DNA of 64,000 nt from an archaeon. GTDB lineage: Archaea > Nanobdellota > Nanobdellia > Pacearchaeales > GW2011-AR1. The position numbers and the translations under genes are program-made. The stretch's first letter is position 1. Each line of letters begins with the position of its first letter. The stretch is taken from positions 262,937 to 326,936 of the forward strand of contig JABHZE010000006.1 of assembly GCA_018653485.1 (NCBI GenBank), in the 5' to 3' direction. The notes beneath the pieces were generated by a model that saw nothing but the letters and a program-made list of their open reading frames with translations, was not told the origin of the DNA and made no database searches. This document shows, piece after piece, positions 37,224-44,744 of the stretch.

Positions 37224-37418
37224 ATGGAAAAGAAATCAAATACAAAAGGAAATCAAACAAGAGGGAAGATTATGGTTTTTGTTGGGTTTATTATGATTTT
37301 ATTTAATGCATTAAATTATATCTTGGCTTGGGAGAGGGATTTAGTAGTTCTGGGGATTCTTGGTTTGGTTTTTGTTGGGGTTGGTTTAAGGATGGCTCGA
37401 GGAAAGAGTAAGTTTTAA
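37224..37418 (+). CDS. small 2-TM membrane protein
   Basis: 64-aa ORF with helices IMVFVGFIMILFNALNYILA and VVLGILGLVFVGVGL. Confidence 0.45.
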   Translation: MEKKSNTKGNQTRGKIMVFVGFIMILFNALNYILAWERDLVVLGILGLVFVGVGLRMARGKSKF

Positions 37419-37457
37419 GAGGGTTTTTTATGAGTGTATTTGTTTTTTAGTTTAATA

Positions 37458-37488
37458 TTAGTTTGGAAACCTTAGAAATGTTTAAAAA
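37458..37488 (+). promoter_or_regulatory. repeated promoter/operator box, copy 2
   Basis: ttagtttggaaaccttagaaatgtttaaaaa lies upstream of the receiver gene at 37531. Its agaaatgtttaaaaa core recurs at 49341-49355. Confidence 0.55.
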
Positions 37489-37530
37489 TGAAAGATATCT
37501 TATAATTTTATAATTATAAGGATTAAAAAA

Positions 37531-37884
37531 ATGGCAAAGAAAAAAGTTTTAATTGTTGATGATGATAAAAATGATTTAGAAACTATGAAAATGGTTCTTG
37601 AGAAAGATGGTTGTCAGGTAATTAGTGTTGAAAATGGTGCTGATGCTTTGGATGAACTAGAGGATGATGGTTATGATTTGATAATAATTGATATAAAAAT
37701 GCCTACATTATCTGGTTATGATTTGTTAAGATTAATGAGACAGAGGGTTAATCATAAAATAAAAATGATTTATGTTTCAATTGTTCCTGAACAAGAAGTT
37801 GATATGAATGATATTGAGGGCTTTATTCAAAAGCCGTTTTCTCCTGAAGAGTTTTTGAAAAAAGTTAAGGAAATTATTGGTTAG
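37531..37884 (+). CDS. stand-alone response-regulator receiver (CheY-like)
   Basis: VLIVDDDKND (acidic pocket), DLIIIDIKMPTLSG (phospho-acceptor Asp) and FIQKPF (conserved Lys). No output domain. Confidence 0.9.
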   Translation: MAKKKVLIVDDDKNDLETMKMVLEKDGCQVISVENGADALDELEDDGYDLIIIDIKMPTLSGYDLLRLMRQRVNHKIKMIYVSIVPEQEVDMNDIEGFIQKPFSPEEFLKKVKEIIG

Positions 37885-37980
37885 GAGAATTATATTTTAT
37901 GGGGGAGATTGGGAGAGTTTTATTTTTGGGAGAGTTTTATGAAAGAGAGAATTTAAATATACTTGATTATTTGTTTTATT

Positions 37981-38403
37981 ATGAATTTAATACCTCAATT
38001 AAAAAAAGAGCATGTAGAAATTATGCATTCGTTTGAATCAATTAAAGAAGGAGTTTCTAGTGGTAAATCAGGTGATGCTGATTTGATTGGTGAATTAAGA
38101 GAGTTAAAAAGAATTTTAGTTGCTCATTTAGATTTGGAAGATAAAATGTTGTATCCTGCTCTGTTGAATTCAGATGATAAAAAAGCAAAGGATTTAGGGA
38201 AAAAGTTTTCTGAAGAAATGTTAGGGATTTCAAAAGTGGCTTTGGCTTTTTTTGGAAAATATATGAGTGAAAGTATTTCTGATTTAATGAAGAGTTCTGA
38301 ATTTAGAAAAGAATTAGATGATGTTATTAAGGCTGTTACAAAAAGAGTTGATGCAGAGGAGAATATTCTTTATTTAGCATATGAGGAATGTTGTGAGAAG
38401 TGA
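37981..38403 (+). CDS. hemerythrin HHE cation-binding domain protein
   Basis: LKKEHVEIMHSFE...LKRILVAHLDLEDKMLYPAL... shows the H/E spacing typical of HHE-type hemerythrin-like domains. ATG at 37981 is preferred to the TTG at 37963. Confidence 0.65.
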   Translation: MNLIPQLKKEHVEIMHSFESIKEGVSSGKSGDADLIGELRELKRILVAHLDLEDKMLYPALLNSDDKKAKDLGKKFSEEMLGISKVALAFFGKYMSESISDLMKSSEFRKELDDVIKAVTKRVDAEENILYLAYEECCEK

Positions 38404-38504
38404 TTGTTGAGGGATTATTTGAGATAATAAATTGAATGATAATTTGTTGTGAATAAATTTATAAATGGTAAATGATTAAGGTTTGTATAAAAAGGTGAAA
38501 TATA

Positions 38505-38858
38505 ATGAGTAAAACAATTATGGTTGTGGATGATGAAGGAGATATTAGAGAGACTGTTAAGACTGTTTTAGAAAAAGAAGGTTATTCTGTTATAACTGCT
38601 ATAAGTGGAGATGATGCTTTGAAAAAATGGACTAAGCAGAAACCTGATTTAATTCTTATGGATATTATGATGCCTGGAACTCCTGTTAAGGATATTATTC
38701 CTAAGATGACTGGAACTAAGGTTGCTTATCTTTCTGTTGTTAGAACTTCTGAGGCTGAAAAAGAGGATTTAATGAAGAGTAAGAATATTGTGGATTTTAT
38801 ACAGAAGCCTTTTGATATAAAAGAATTGGTTAAAAAAGTTAAAAAATTGGTGGGTTAA
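38505..38858 (+). CDS. stand-alone response-regulator receiver (CheY-like)
   Basis: IMVVDDEGD, DLILMDIMMPG and FIQKPF. No output domain. The stop is 1 nt before the next start. Confidence 0.9.
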   Translation: MSKTIMVVDDEGDIRETVKTVLEKEGYSVITAISGDDALKKWTKQKPDLILMDIMMPGTPVKDIIPKMTGTKVAYLSVVRTSEAEKEDLMKSKNIVDFIQKPFDIKELVKKVKKLVG

Positions 38859-38859
38859 G

Positions 38860-39462
38860 ATGATAGATATGAAATCATCGCTTTCTTCAAATCAAATATT
38901 ACTTTTAGTTATGCCTAGTGCAGAATATAATGAGGTTCTTGTTGATGCAATGAAACAATTGTCAGGGAATATTTGCTATGTTACTTCAAATAAAACTTTT
39001 GATTCTTTAAAAGAAACTTTTAAAAAAAGTAAGGTGAATATTGATAATGTAGTTTTTATTGATTCTATTTCAAAGACTTTGAAGAAAACTCCTGACCAGG
39101 CAGATAGTGTTTATTATGTTTCTTCTCCTGGAGCATTGACTGAATTGTCTTTAGTTATTAATAAATTTTTAAGGCATGAATTTGATTATTTGATTTTTGA
39201 TTCTGTTACTAATCTTGCTGTATATCAAAAAAAGAATATGACTTCTAAGTTTATTTCTAGTTTGGCTGATAAAATTAAGAAGACTAAAACAAAAGCTATT
39301 TTTTATGCTTTGGATAGTGTTGAGCAAGCTTGGGTAATTGATCATGCTGGAATGGTTGTGGATAAGGTGATTAAGAGTGGTGGGGTGGATGGTGTTAAGG
39401 GGGAAGGGAAAGTTATTAAGAAGAGACTAAGTAAAAAAAAGAAAGAGGAGAAGGAGGTGTAA
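38860..39462 (+). CDS. KaiC/RecA-fold-like protein lacking a Walker A P-loop (paralog of 48703-49221)
   Basis: By eye it aligns with the KaiC domain of 47059-48690. QILLLVMPSAEYNEV occupies the P-loop position, GNICYVTSNK matches KKCLYMSFEE, and a Walker-B-like YLIFDSVTNL matches FIALDSLTAI. No GxxxxGK[ST] anywhere. Confidence 0.6.
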   Translation: MIDMKSSLSSNQILLLVMPSAEYNEVLVDAMKQLSGNICYVTSNKTFDSLKETFKKSKVNIDNVVFIDSISKTLKKTPDQADSVYYVSSPGALTELSLVINKFLRHEFDYLIFDSVTNLAVYQKKNMTSKFISSLADKIKKTKTKAIFYALDSVEQAWVIDHAGMVVDKVIKSGGVDGVKGEGKVIKKRLSKKKKEEKEV

Positions 39463-39463
39463 A

Positions 39464-39811
39464 ATGGCAGTAGGTCCAATGACTTTTGAAGGAGATTTGT
39501 TATTGATGGTAGCTATTGTTTTAGGATTAATTGCAACAGTTATAACTTTTTTAAATAGTCGGAAATTAAAAGGAGATGTTTTTGAAAAACCTTTTGTTTA
39601 TCTTTCAGTAGGTATTTTTTTAGCAACTTTTTCTTTAATCGCTGTAACTTTTTTTCAAGGAGTTTTTAGTGAATTAACTGTTGGTTTAATTCATGATATT
39701 AGTTTTATTCTGGGGTTAGGTTTAATGTTTTTAGCCTCTATACAGATTACAAAATTTTTAAAAGGATTAGGAAGTTTTGAACAAAAGTTACCTAAGAAGA
39801 TTAAGAAATAA
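39464..39811 (+). CDS. small 3-TM membrane protein, island family member 1
   Basis: 115 aa. TM1 is followed by FLNSRKLKGDVFEK, then two more TMs and a Lys tail. Same length and layout as 43723-44070. The start is 1 nt after the previous stop, with aaggaggt upstream. Confidence 0.55.
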   Translation: MAVGPMTFEGDLLLMVAIVLGLIATVITFLNSRKLKGDVFEKPFVYLSVGIFLATFSLIAVTFFQGVFSELTVGLIHDISFILGLGLMFLASIQITKFLKGLGSFEQKLPKKIKK

Positions 39812-39834
39812 TTTTGTTAGGGATTTTATTTTTT

Positions 39835-39860
39835 GGAGCTTTGCTCCTTTTTTATTTTTA
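39835..39860 (+). terminator. hairpin plus oligo-T terminator candidate
   Basis: ggagc-tttg-ctcc followed by ttttttattttta. Confidence 0.5.
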
Positions 39861-39945
39861 TTTTGTTGATTGATTTGTTTTTGAAATGCGAAGATATAAA
39901 TAATCAGGATTGTTATTTATAATGTGATTAAAAGGAGTAATTAAA

Positions 39946-40323
39946 ATGAAATTTGAAATGTTTTTTGCGTTTAGTATGTTTTTGTTAGGGGTAGGAGGGT
40001 TTTTCTTAGCTAGTTCTGTTTTGACAATGACTGGATTGTCGATAGCAGAGGTTGATGGGGGTGGTTCTTCGTCATCATTATTGTTGTTTATAGGTATAGG
40101 AGTAATTATTGCAGGTATTTTTGGAGTTATGATTGCAAAGAAATTTTATAAACATGATGGAGTGGATAAAAAAAGTATTAAGGGTAAGAAAGTTGGTGGT
40201 AAGGGTGGGAGAAAGGATAATAAGGTTGATAAGAAAAAGGATGAGAAGAAGGATGAGAAGAAAAAAAAGATGAAGGATAAAAAGAAGGATGATGTGAATA
40301 GTGGTAAGAAAGATAAGAAATAA
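39946..40323 (+). CDS. 2-TM membrane protein with long poly-Lys/Asp tail
   Basis: 125 aa with two hydrophobic helices, then KGKKVGGKGGRKDNKVDKKKDEKKDEKKKKMKDKKKDD. Confidence 0.5.
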   Translation: MKFEMFFAFSMFLLGVGGFFLASSVLTMTGLSIAEVDGGGSSSSLLLFIGIGVIIAGIFGVMIAKKFYKHDGVDKKSIKGKKVGGKGGRKDNKVDKKKDEKKDEKKKKMKDKKKDDVNSGKKDKK

Positions 40324-40413
40324 GGAAGCGAGAATATAAAAAGGTTTTTTTCTAATTAGATTATATAATAAATCTGTTTATTTAATAATGGATTTATATA
40401 ATAAAAAGGTTAA

Positions 40414-43400
40414 TTGAAAAAGAGGTTAATTGAAAAAGTGGTAAAACAATTGGGATTAAAGAAATTTATATTTGTAAGTGTGTTTTTGAGTTTGTTTTTA
40501 ATAAATGTTAATTTAGTATTTGCTCAAGAATCTTTGAATAAAGATTTTTTATCTCAAAAAGTATTAACTGAACTTAATTTTATTGAAGATGATTTAATAT
40601 TTTTAAAGGAGTTGCCTGATTTTAATGCTTTTATTAATGGAGATTTATCTCGTAAAGAGCATTTACAGGATACTTTTTTTAGTTTTTCAAAAAATAAACA
40701 GATTTATTATCAAGTAAGATATATTGATGAGAGTGGAAAGGAAATTATTAGGGTAGATAATATTGAAGGAGAGACTGAGATTATCTCTGAAGATAATCTT
40801 CAGAATAAAAAAGGAAGATATTATTTTGATGATGCTTTTCTTTTAGATGATGGAGATATTTTTGTTTCACCTTTGGATTTAAATATTGAACAAGGTAAAT
40901 TAGAAAATAGGGGGAGTGAAGGAAACCCTGTTTATGTTCCTGTTATAAGATATGCTACTCCTGTTTTTGATTCAGAAAAGAAAAAAGTAGGGATAATTAT
41001 TCTTAATGTTTATGCAGATTATATTTTGGATATTTTTAAGAAAAATGGTGCAGGGTTGTCTGAAGATAGGGGATATCTTGTAAATAAGGAGGGTTATTTT
41101 TTATTTCATTCTGATTCTTCAAAAGAATTTGGTTTTATGTTTGAGAATGATATTACTTTAAGAAATGAATTTGGAGGAGAGTTTAGTCGAGTTTTTGATA
41201 GTGATGAGGGTGAATTTAATTTTAATGGAAAAACTTATGATTATATTAAAATTTTTCCTTCTGATTTGGAAATAATTTCAAGTAGTGGTTCTCCTAAGAG
41301 TTATGCCCCTAGTCTATCTAAGGTTCAGGGTAAAGATTATTTTTGGATTTTAATTGTTGAATCTCCTATTGTTAAGGGTGTTGTTGATTTCATGGCTCCT
41401 GTTTTTTTAGGTATTTATATTTTTTTAGGTATTCTTATTTTTTTAGGGATTTATTTTATTTTCTTTAAGAAAAAGAAAGAAAAAGAAAAAGAGAAAGAAA
41501 AAGATATTAGTGGCTTTTTCTTTAGTAAATTAAATAGGAAGATTATTTTAGGATTTTTAATTGTTGCATTATTGTTTGGAGTTATTGCGGGAGCAGGTAG
41601 TTTTTATTTGGAAAAAGCAGCTAAATCTGATTATATTAATGCTATTAATGAGATTGAAGCAGATTTTAATGATTTTAGGGAAGGAGATATAAGGACTTTA
41701 TCGGTAGGTTTGGAAATTGCTGTTCAGGATAAGGATTTGAAGGAAGTTTATTTAGAAAAGGATAGGGATAAACTTTATAATTATGGGCAAAATTTATTCA
41801 ATGAATTAAAGGATAAGTATGCTGTTACTCATTTTTATTTTATTGAACCTGATGGGAATTGTTTTGTTAGGTTGCATAATAAGGATAAGTTTAATGATGA
41901 AATTAAAAGGGCTACTTTTTTAAAGTCTAAAGAGACAAAAGATATTGGAGCTGGAATTGAATTAGGAAAAACTGCGTTTGCATTAAGAGTTGTTAAGCCT
42001 TATTATAATGATAATGAATTAATTGGTTATATGGAATTAGGTGAAGAAATAGATCATTTTTTAGAAGAGATGAAGAAAGGTAAAAATAATGAATTTTCAA
42101 TTATTATTGATAAGGAGTTTATAGATGAAGAAAATTGGGCTTCTGTTAGGGAGGTTAAAGGATTAGAGAATAATTGGGATAAGTTAGAGAATCATGTTGC
42201 TATTGAATCTACTATTGAAAATAATGTGCATTGTTTTAATTCTGATAATGTTGTAAAGGTTTTAGATGGAGAAAGGGTTTTTGGGACTTTTGATTCTGAA
42301 AAAGGAGATTTTGTATGTGGTGGTTTTCCTTTAATTGATGCTTCTGGAAATGAAGTTGGAGCTATGTTTGCATTGATTGATTCTTCTAAGAAGATTGGTT
42401 TTATAACTGCTATAAAATATGGTTTATTGTTTATGGTTGTTCTTTTTATTTTGGCAATTATTATTCTTAGTTTTTTTATTAAATTAAAAATTATAAATCC
42501 TATTGCTAAATTGAATAATGCAACTTCTGAGATTCAAAAAAGAAATTTTAAAGCAAGGGTTGATATTAATACAGGAGATGAATTACAGGTTTTAGGAGAA
42601 TCTTTTAATAAAACTGCAAAAGTTTTGCAACATATGGATGAAGAACATAAGCAATTGGAAAAAGCTAAGACTGAATTTTTGAGTATTACTTCGCATGAAT
42701 TAAGAAGTCCGATGACTCCAATGCAAGCTCAGTTGCAAATGTTACTTGGAGAGTATTATGGAAAATTAAATCCTAAACAAAAAAATTCATTAGATATTGT
42801 TGCAAGAAATACGAAAAGATTGGATAATATTATTGTTGATTTTTTGGAGATTTCTCGTATAGAGGCTGCGAGATTAAAGTTTAGATTTGTTAAAAAAGAT
42901 TTGACTGGTTCTATTAAAAGGTTAATGAAAGAGATGGTTGGTTTTATGCCTGAGAAGAAAGTTAAGTTATATAGTAAGATTGGTAAATTGCCTGTGATTG
43001 AAGTTGATCCAGATAGAGTTATGCAGGTTTTGAGAAATTTGATTAATAATGCTATTAAGTTTTCTCCTGAAGGAAAGAAAGTTGTTGTTTCTGCAGGATT
43101 AAAAGGAAATATGATTGAGTTTTCTGTTAAAGATGAAGGTATTGGTATTAAGGCAGAAGATCAGAAGAGAATTTTTGAACCATTTTTTCAAGCAGAACAG
43201 ACTATGTATAGGGAGCATCAAGGGACTGGATTAGGATTAGCAATTATTAGAGGAATTGTTGAGTCTCAAGAAGGGAATGTTTGGTTAGAGTCTGAAGAGG
43301 GTAAGGGAACAACTTTCTTTTTTACTATTCCTTTGAAACCTGTTAGGAATGTTAAGGCAATTAAATTATTGTTTTCTGAATCTAAAAATATTGAAAAAGA

Positions 43401-43722
43401 AATTAAGAAAGTTTTCTTAGATGTTTTGGGGCCTATGGGGAGTCAAGAGTTTGAAAATTTAGAGAAAAGAAATCAATTAGATAAAAAGAATTTAATTTGG
43501 TATTCGGATTTTTTAATTAAGAAAGGTATTTTGAGTGAAGAGAAGGGGAAGTTATTTAAAGATAAATTGTTATTTATATTAGGTGAGAAAAAAAGAGGTA
43601 TTGGGACTAACGAATTAGTTAAGAAGGGGTTGATTTCATCTCCTAAGAAAAAATTGGTTGCAGAGGATATATTAAAGAAAGAGTCTAAATTAAATATCAA
43701 TAAAAAAGAAGTAAGAAAATAA
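40414..43722 (+). CDS. sensor histidine kinase with two extracytoplasmic sensor domains, HAMP, HisKA, HATPase_c and a C-terminal extension
   Basis: 1102 aa. Layout is TM, a ~290-aa Cache-like domain, TM, KKKKEKEKEKEKD loop, TM, a second ~300-aa sensor domain (THFYFIEPDGNCFVRLHNKDKFNDEI...GYMELGEEIDH), TM, then HAMP. H-box FLSITSHELRSPMTP, N-box NLINNAIKFSP, G-boxes DEGIGI and GTGLGLAI. The TTG start is uncertain. Confidence 0.9.
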   Translation: MKKRLIEKVVKQLGLKKFIFVSVFLSLFLINVNLVFAQESLNKDFLSQKVLTELNFIEDDLIFLKELPDFNAFINGDLSRKEHLQDTFFSFSKNKQIYYQVRYIDESGKEIIRVDNIEGETEIISEDNLQNKKGRYYFDDAFLLDDGDIFVSPLDLNIEQGKLENRGSEGNPVYVPVIRYATPVFDSEKKKVGIIILNVYADYILDIFKKNGAGLSEDRGYLVNKEGYFLFHSDSSKEFGFMFENDITLRNEFGGEFSRVFDSDEGEFNFNGKTYDYIKIFPSDLEIISSSGSPKSYAPSLSKVQGKDYFWILIVESPIVKGVVDFMAPVFLGIYIFLGILIFLGIYFIFFKKKKEKEKEKEKDISGFFFSKLNRKIILGFLIVALLFGVIAGAGSFYLEKAAKSDYINAINEIEADFNDFREGDIRTLSVGLEIAVQDKDLKEVYLEKDRDKLYNYGQNLFNELKDKYAVTHFYFIEPDGNCFVRLHNKDKFNDEIKRATFLKSKETKDIGAGIELGKTAFALRVVKPYYNDNELIGYMELGEEIDHFLEEMKKGKNNEFSIIIDKEFIDEENWASVREVKGLENNWDKLENHVAIESTIENNVHCFNSDNVVKVLDGERVFGTFDSEKGDFVCGGFPLIDASGNEVGAMFALIDSSKKIGFITAIKYGLLFMVVLFILAIIILSFFIKLKIINPIAKLNNATSEIQKRNFKARVDINTGDELQVLGESFNKTAKVLQHMDEEHKQLEKAKTEFLSITSHELRSPMTPMQAQLQMLLGEYYGKLNPKQKNSLDIVARNTKRLDNIIVDFLEISRIEAARLKFRFVKKDLTGSIKRLMKEMVGFMPEKKVKLYSKIGKLPVIEVDPDRVMQVLRNLINNAIKFSPEGKKVVVSAGLKGNMIEFSVKDEGIGIKAEDQKRIFEPFFQAEQTMYREHQGTGLGLAIIRGIVESQEGNVWLESEEGKGTTFFFTIPLKPVRNVKAIKLLFSESKNIEKEIKKVFLDVLGPMGSQEFENLEKRNQLDKKNLIWYSDFLIKKGILSEEKGKLFKDKLLFILGEKKRGIGTNELVKKGLISSPKKKLVAEDILKKESKLNINKKEVRK

Positions 43723-44070
43723 ATGGTTAATATAATAACAATAAATTGGATAATTGGAGGAGTTGCAGGAATTTTAATGTTCTATGCTTCTTTTATTACA
43801 TTTATGGCTGCAAAAAAAATGACAGGAGAATTAAAGAAATCTATTTTATTATTACTTGGCGCTTTATTATTTTATTTATTTATGGGATTTGGAATAGGAA
43901 TAATGGCTGTTAAAGATATTCATTATAGTGAGAGAGTTTGGTTGATTATTTCAACTTTTTCTTTAATAGGGGGAATTTTATTTGTAGTCGGTGCTAGAAA
44001 ATTGTTTAAGGTTTTGTTAAATGTTTCTGAAAATGATAAAAAGATAAATAAAAAGGAGGTTAAAAAATGA
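43723..44070 (+). CDS. small 3-TM membrane protein, island family member 2
   Basis: 115 aa. The start is immediately adjacent to the HK stop. TM1 is followed by FMAAKKMTGELKKS, then two more TMs and a Lys tail. Confidence 0.55.
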   Translation: MVNIITINWIIGGVAGILMFYASFITFMAAKKMTGELKKSILLLLGALLFYLFMGFGIGIMAVKDIHYSERVWLIISTFSLIGGILFVVGARKLFKVLLNVSENDKKINKKEVKK

Positions 44071-44492
44071 AGAAAAATATTTTGGTGTTAGTAATGTTAG
44101 GATTAATGTTTGCTATGCCTTTTATTAGTGCTGCTACAGAACATAGTGATAATAGTATTGGAATTGCTTCTCACTGGATATCTATGGTATTAATTGTTGT
44201 TGTAATTGTTTTTGCTTTTATGGCTGCGGGAATGTTTGCTGAAGGTTTAGGAAAGGCAATGAAATTAATTGGAGTCGGAATGGCTTTTCTTGGTATAAAT
44301 AGTGTTATGGAAGAATTTGCCCATATGGAGTTTCTTATTATTCCAGAAGGAGTTTTACACTCTTTGACATATCATGGTTTAGTGGCTGTTGCTTATATTT
44401 TCCTTGCATATGGATTTTATAGGGTTTACAAAGTAGCTAAAGGTGTTTCAGGAAATTCTGTTGGTAAATCTGTTCAAAAGGGGGCTAAGTAA
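44067..44492 (+). CDS. small membrane protein (signal peptide + 3 TM), island family member 3
   Basis: ATGA overlap with the previous gene. FMAAGMFAEGLGKAMKL mirrors the post-TM1 motif of 43723-44070. Confidence 0.55.
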   Translation: MKKNILVLVMLGLMFAMPFISAATEHSDNSIGIASHWISMVLIVVVIVFAFMAAGMFAEGLGKAMKLIGVGMAFLGINSVMEEFAHMEFLIIPEGVLHSLTYHGLVAVAYIFLAYGFYRVYKVAKGVSGNSVGKSVQKGAK

Positions 44493-44508
44493 TTAATTAC
44501 TAAATAAA

Positions 44509-44685
44509 ATGAAAGAGAAAATTGTAACAATTGGAACTTTGCTAGAGAAGGGTTTAATTAAAGAAAGTACTAAAATTAGAATTAGTATTGAAAATCTAAA
44601 AGAGATTGATTTGATTAAACCTCTTGATAAGAAAAAAGTTGTTAAGATAACTGAGCTTGATGAAATGGGGTTGATAAAAAAATAA
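44509..44685 (+). CDS. candidate 58-aa protein with SHOCT-like G-L-I-K motifs
   Basis: Below the ORF-track cutoff. Encodes MKEKIVTIGTLLEKGLIKESTKIRISIENLKEIDLIKPLDKKKVVKITELDEMGLIKK. The same (E/K)KG(L/I)(I/L) motif occurs twice in the HK C-terminal extension. Confidence 0.35.
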   Translation: MKEKIVTIGTLLEKGLIKESTKIRISIENLKEIDLIKPLDKKKVVKITELDEMGLIKK

Positions 44686-44744
44686 TTTAAAATGAAAATT
44701 AAAAAATTTTCAAATTCTCATTTAAGGAGGTTAAATTTCGGAAA

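Noticed and set aside
40407-40438. Perfect tandem duplication of the 16-mer aggttaattgaaaaag at the histidine-kinase start.
   Set aside because: It is real in the sequence, but it only duplicates an SD-like/TTG start region. The second TTG is out of frame (MKKW-stop). It probably just makes the true HK start uncertain (TTG 40414 or GTG 40438), so it is not reported as a finding.
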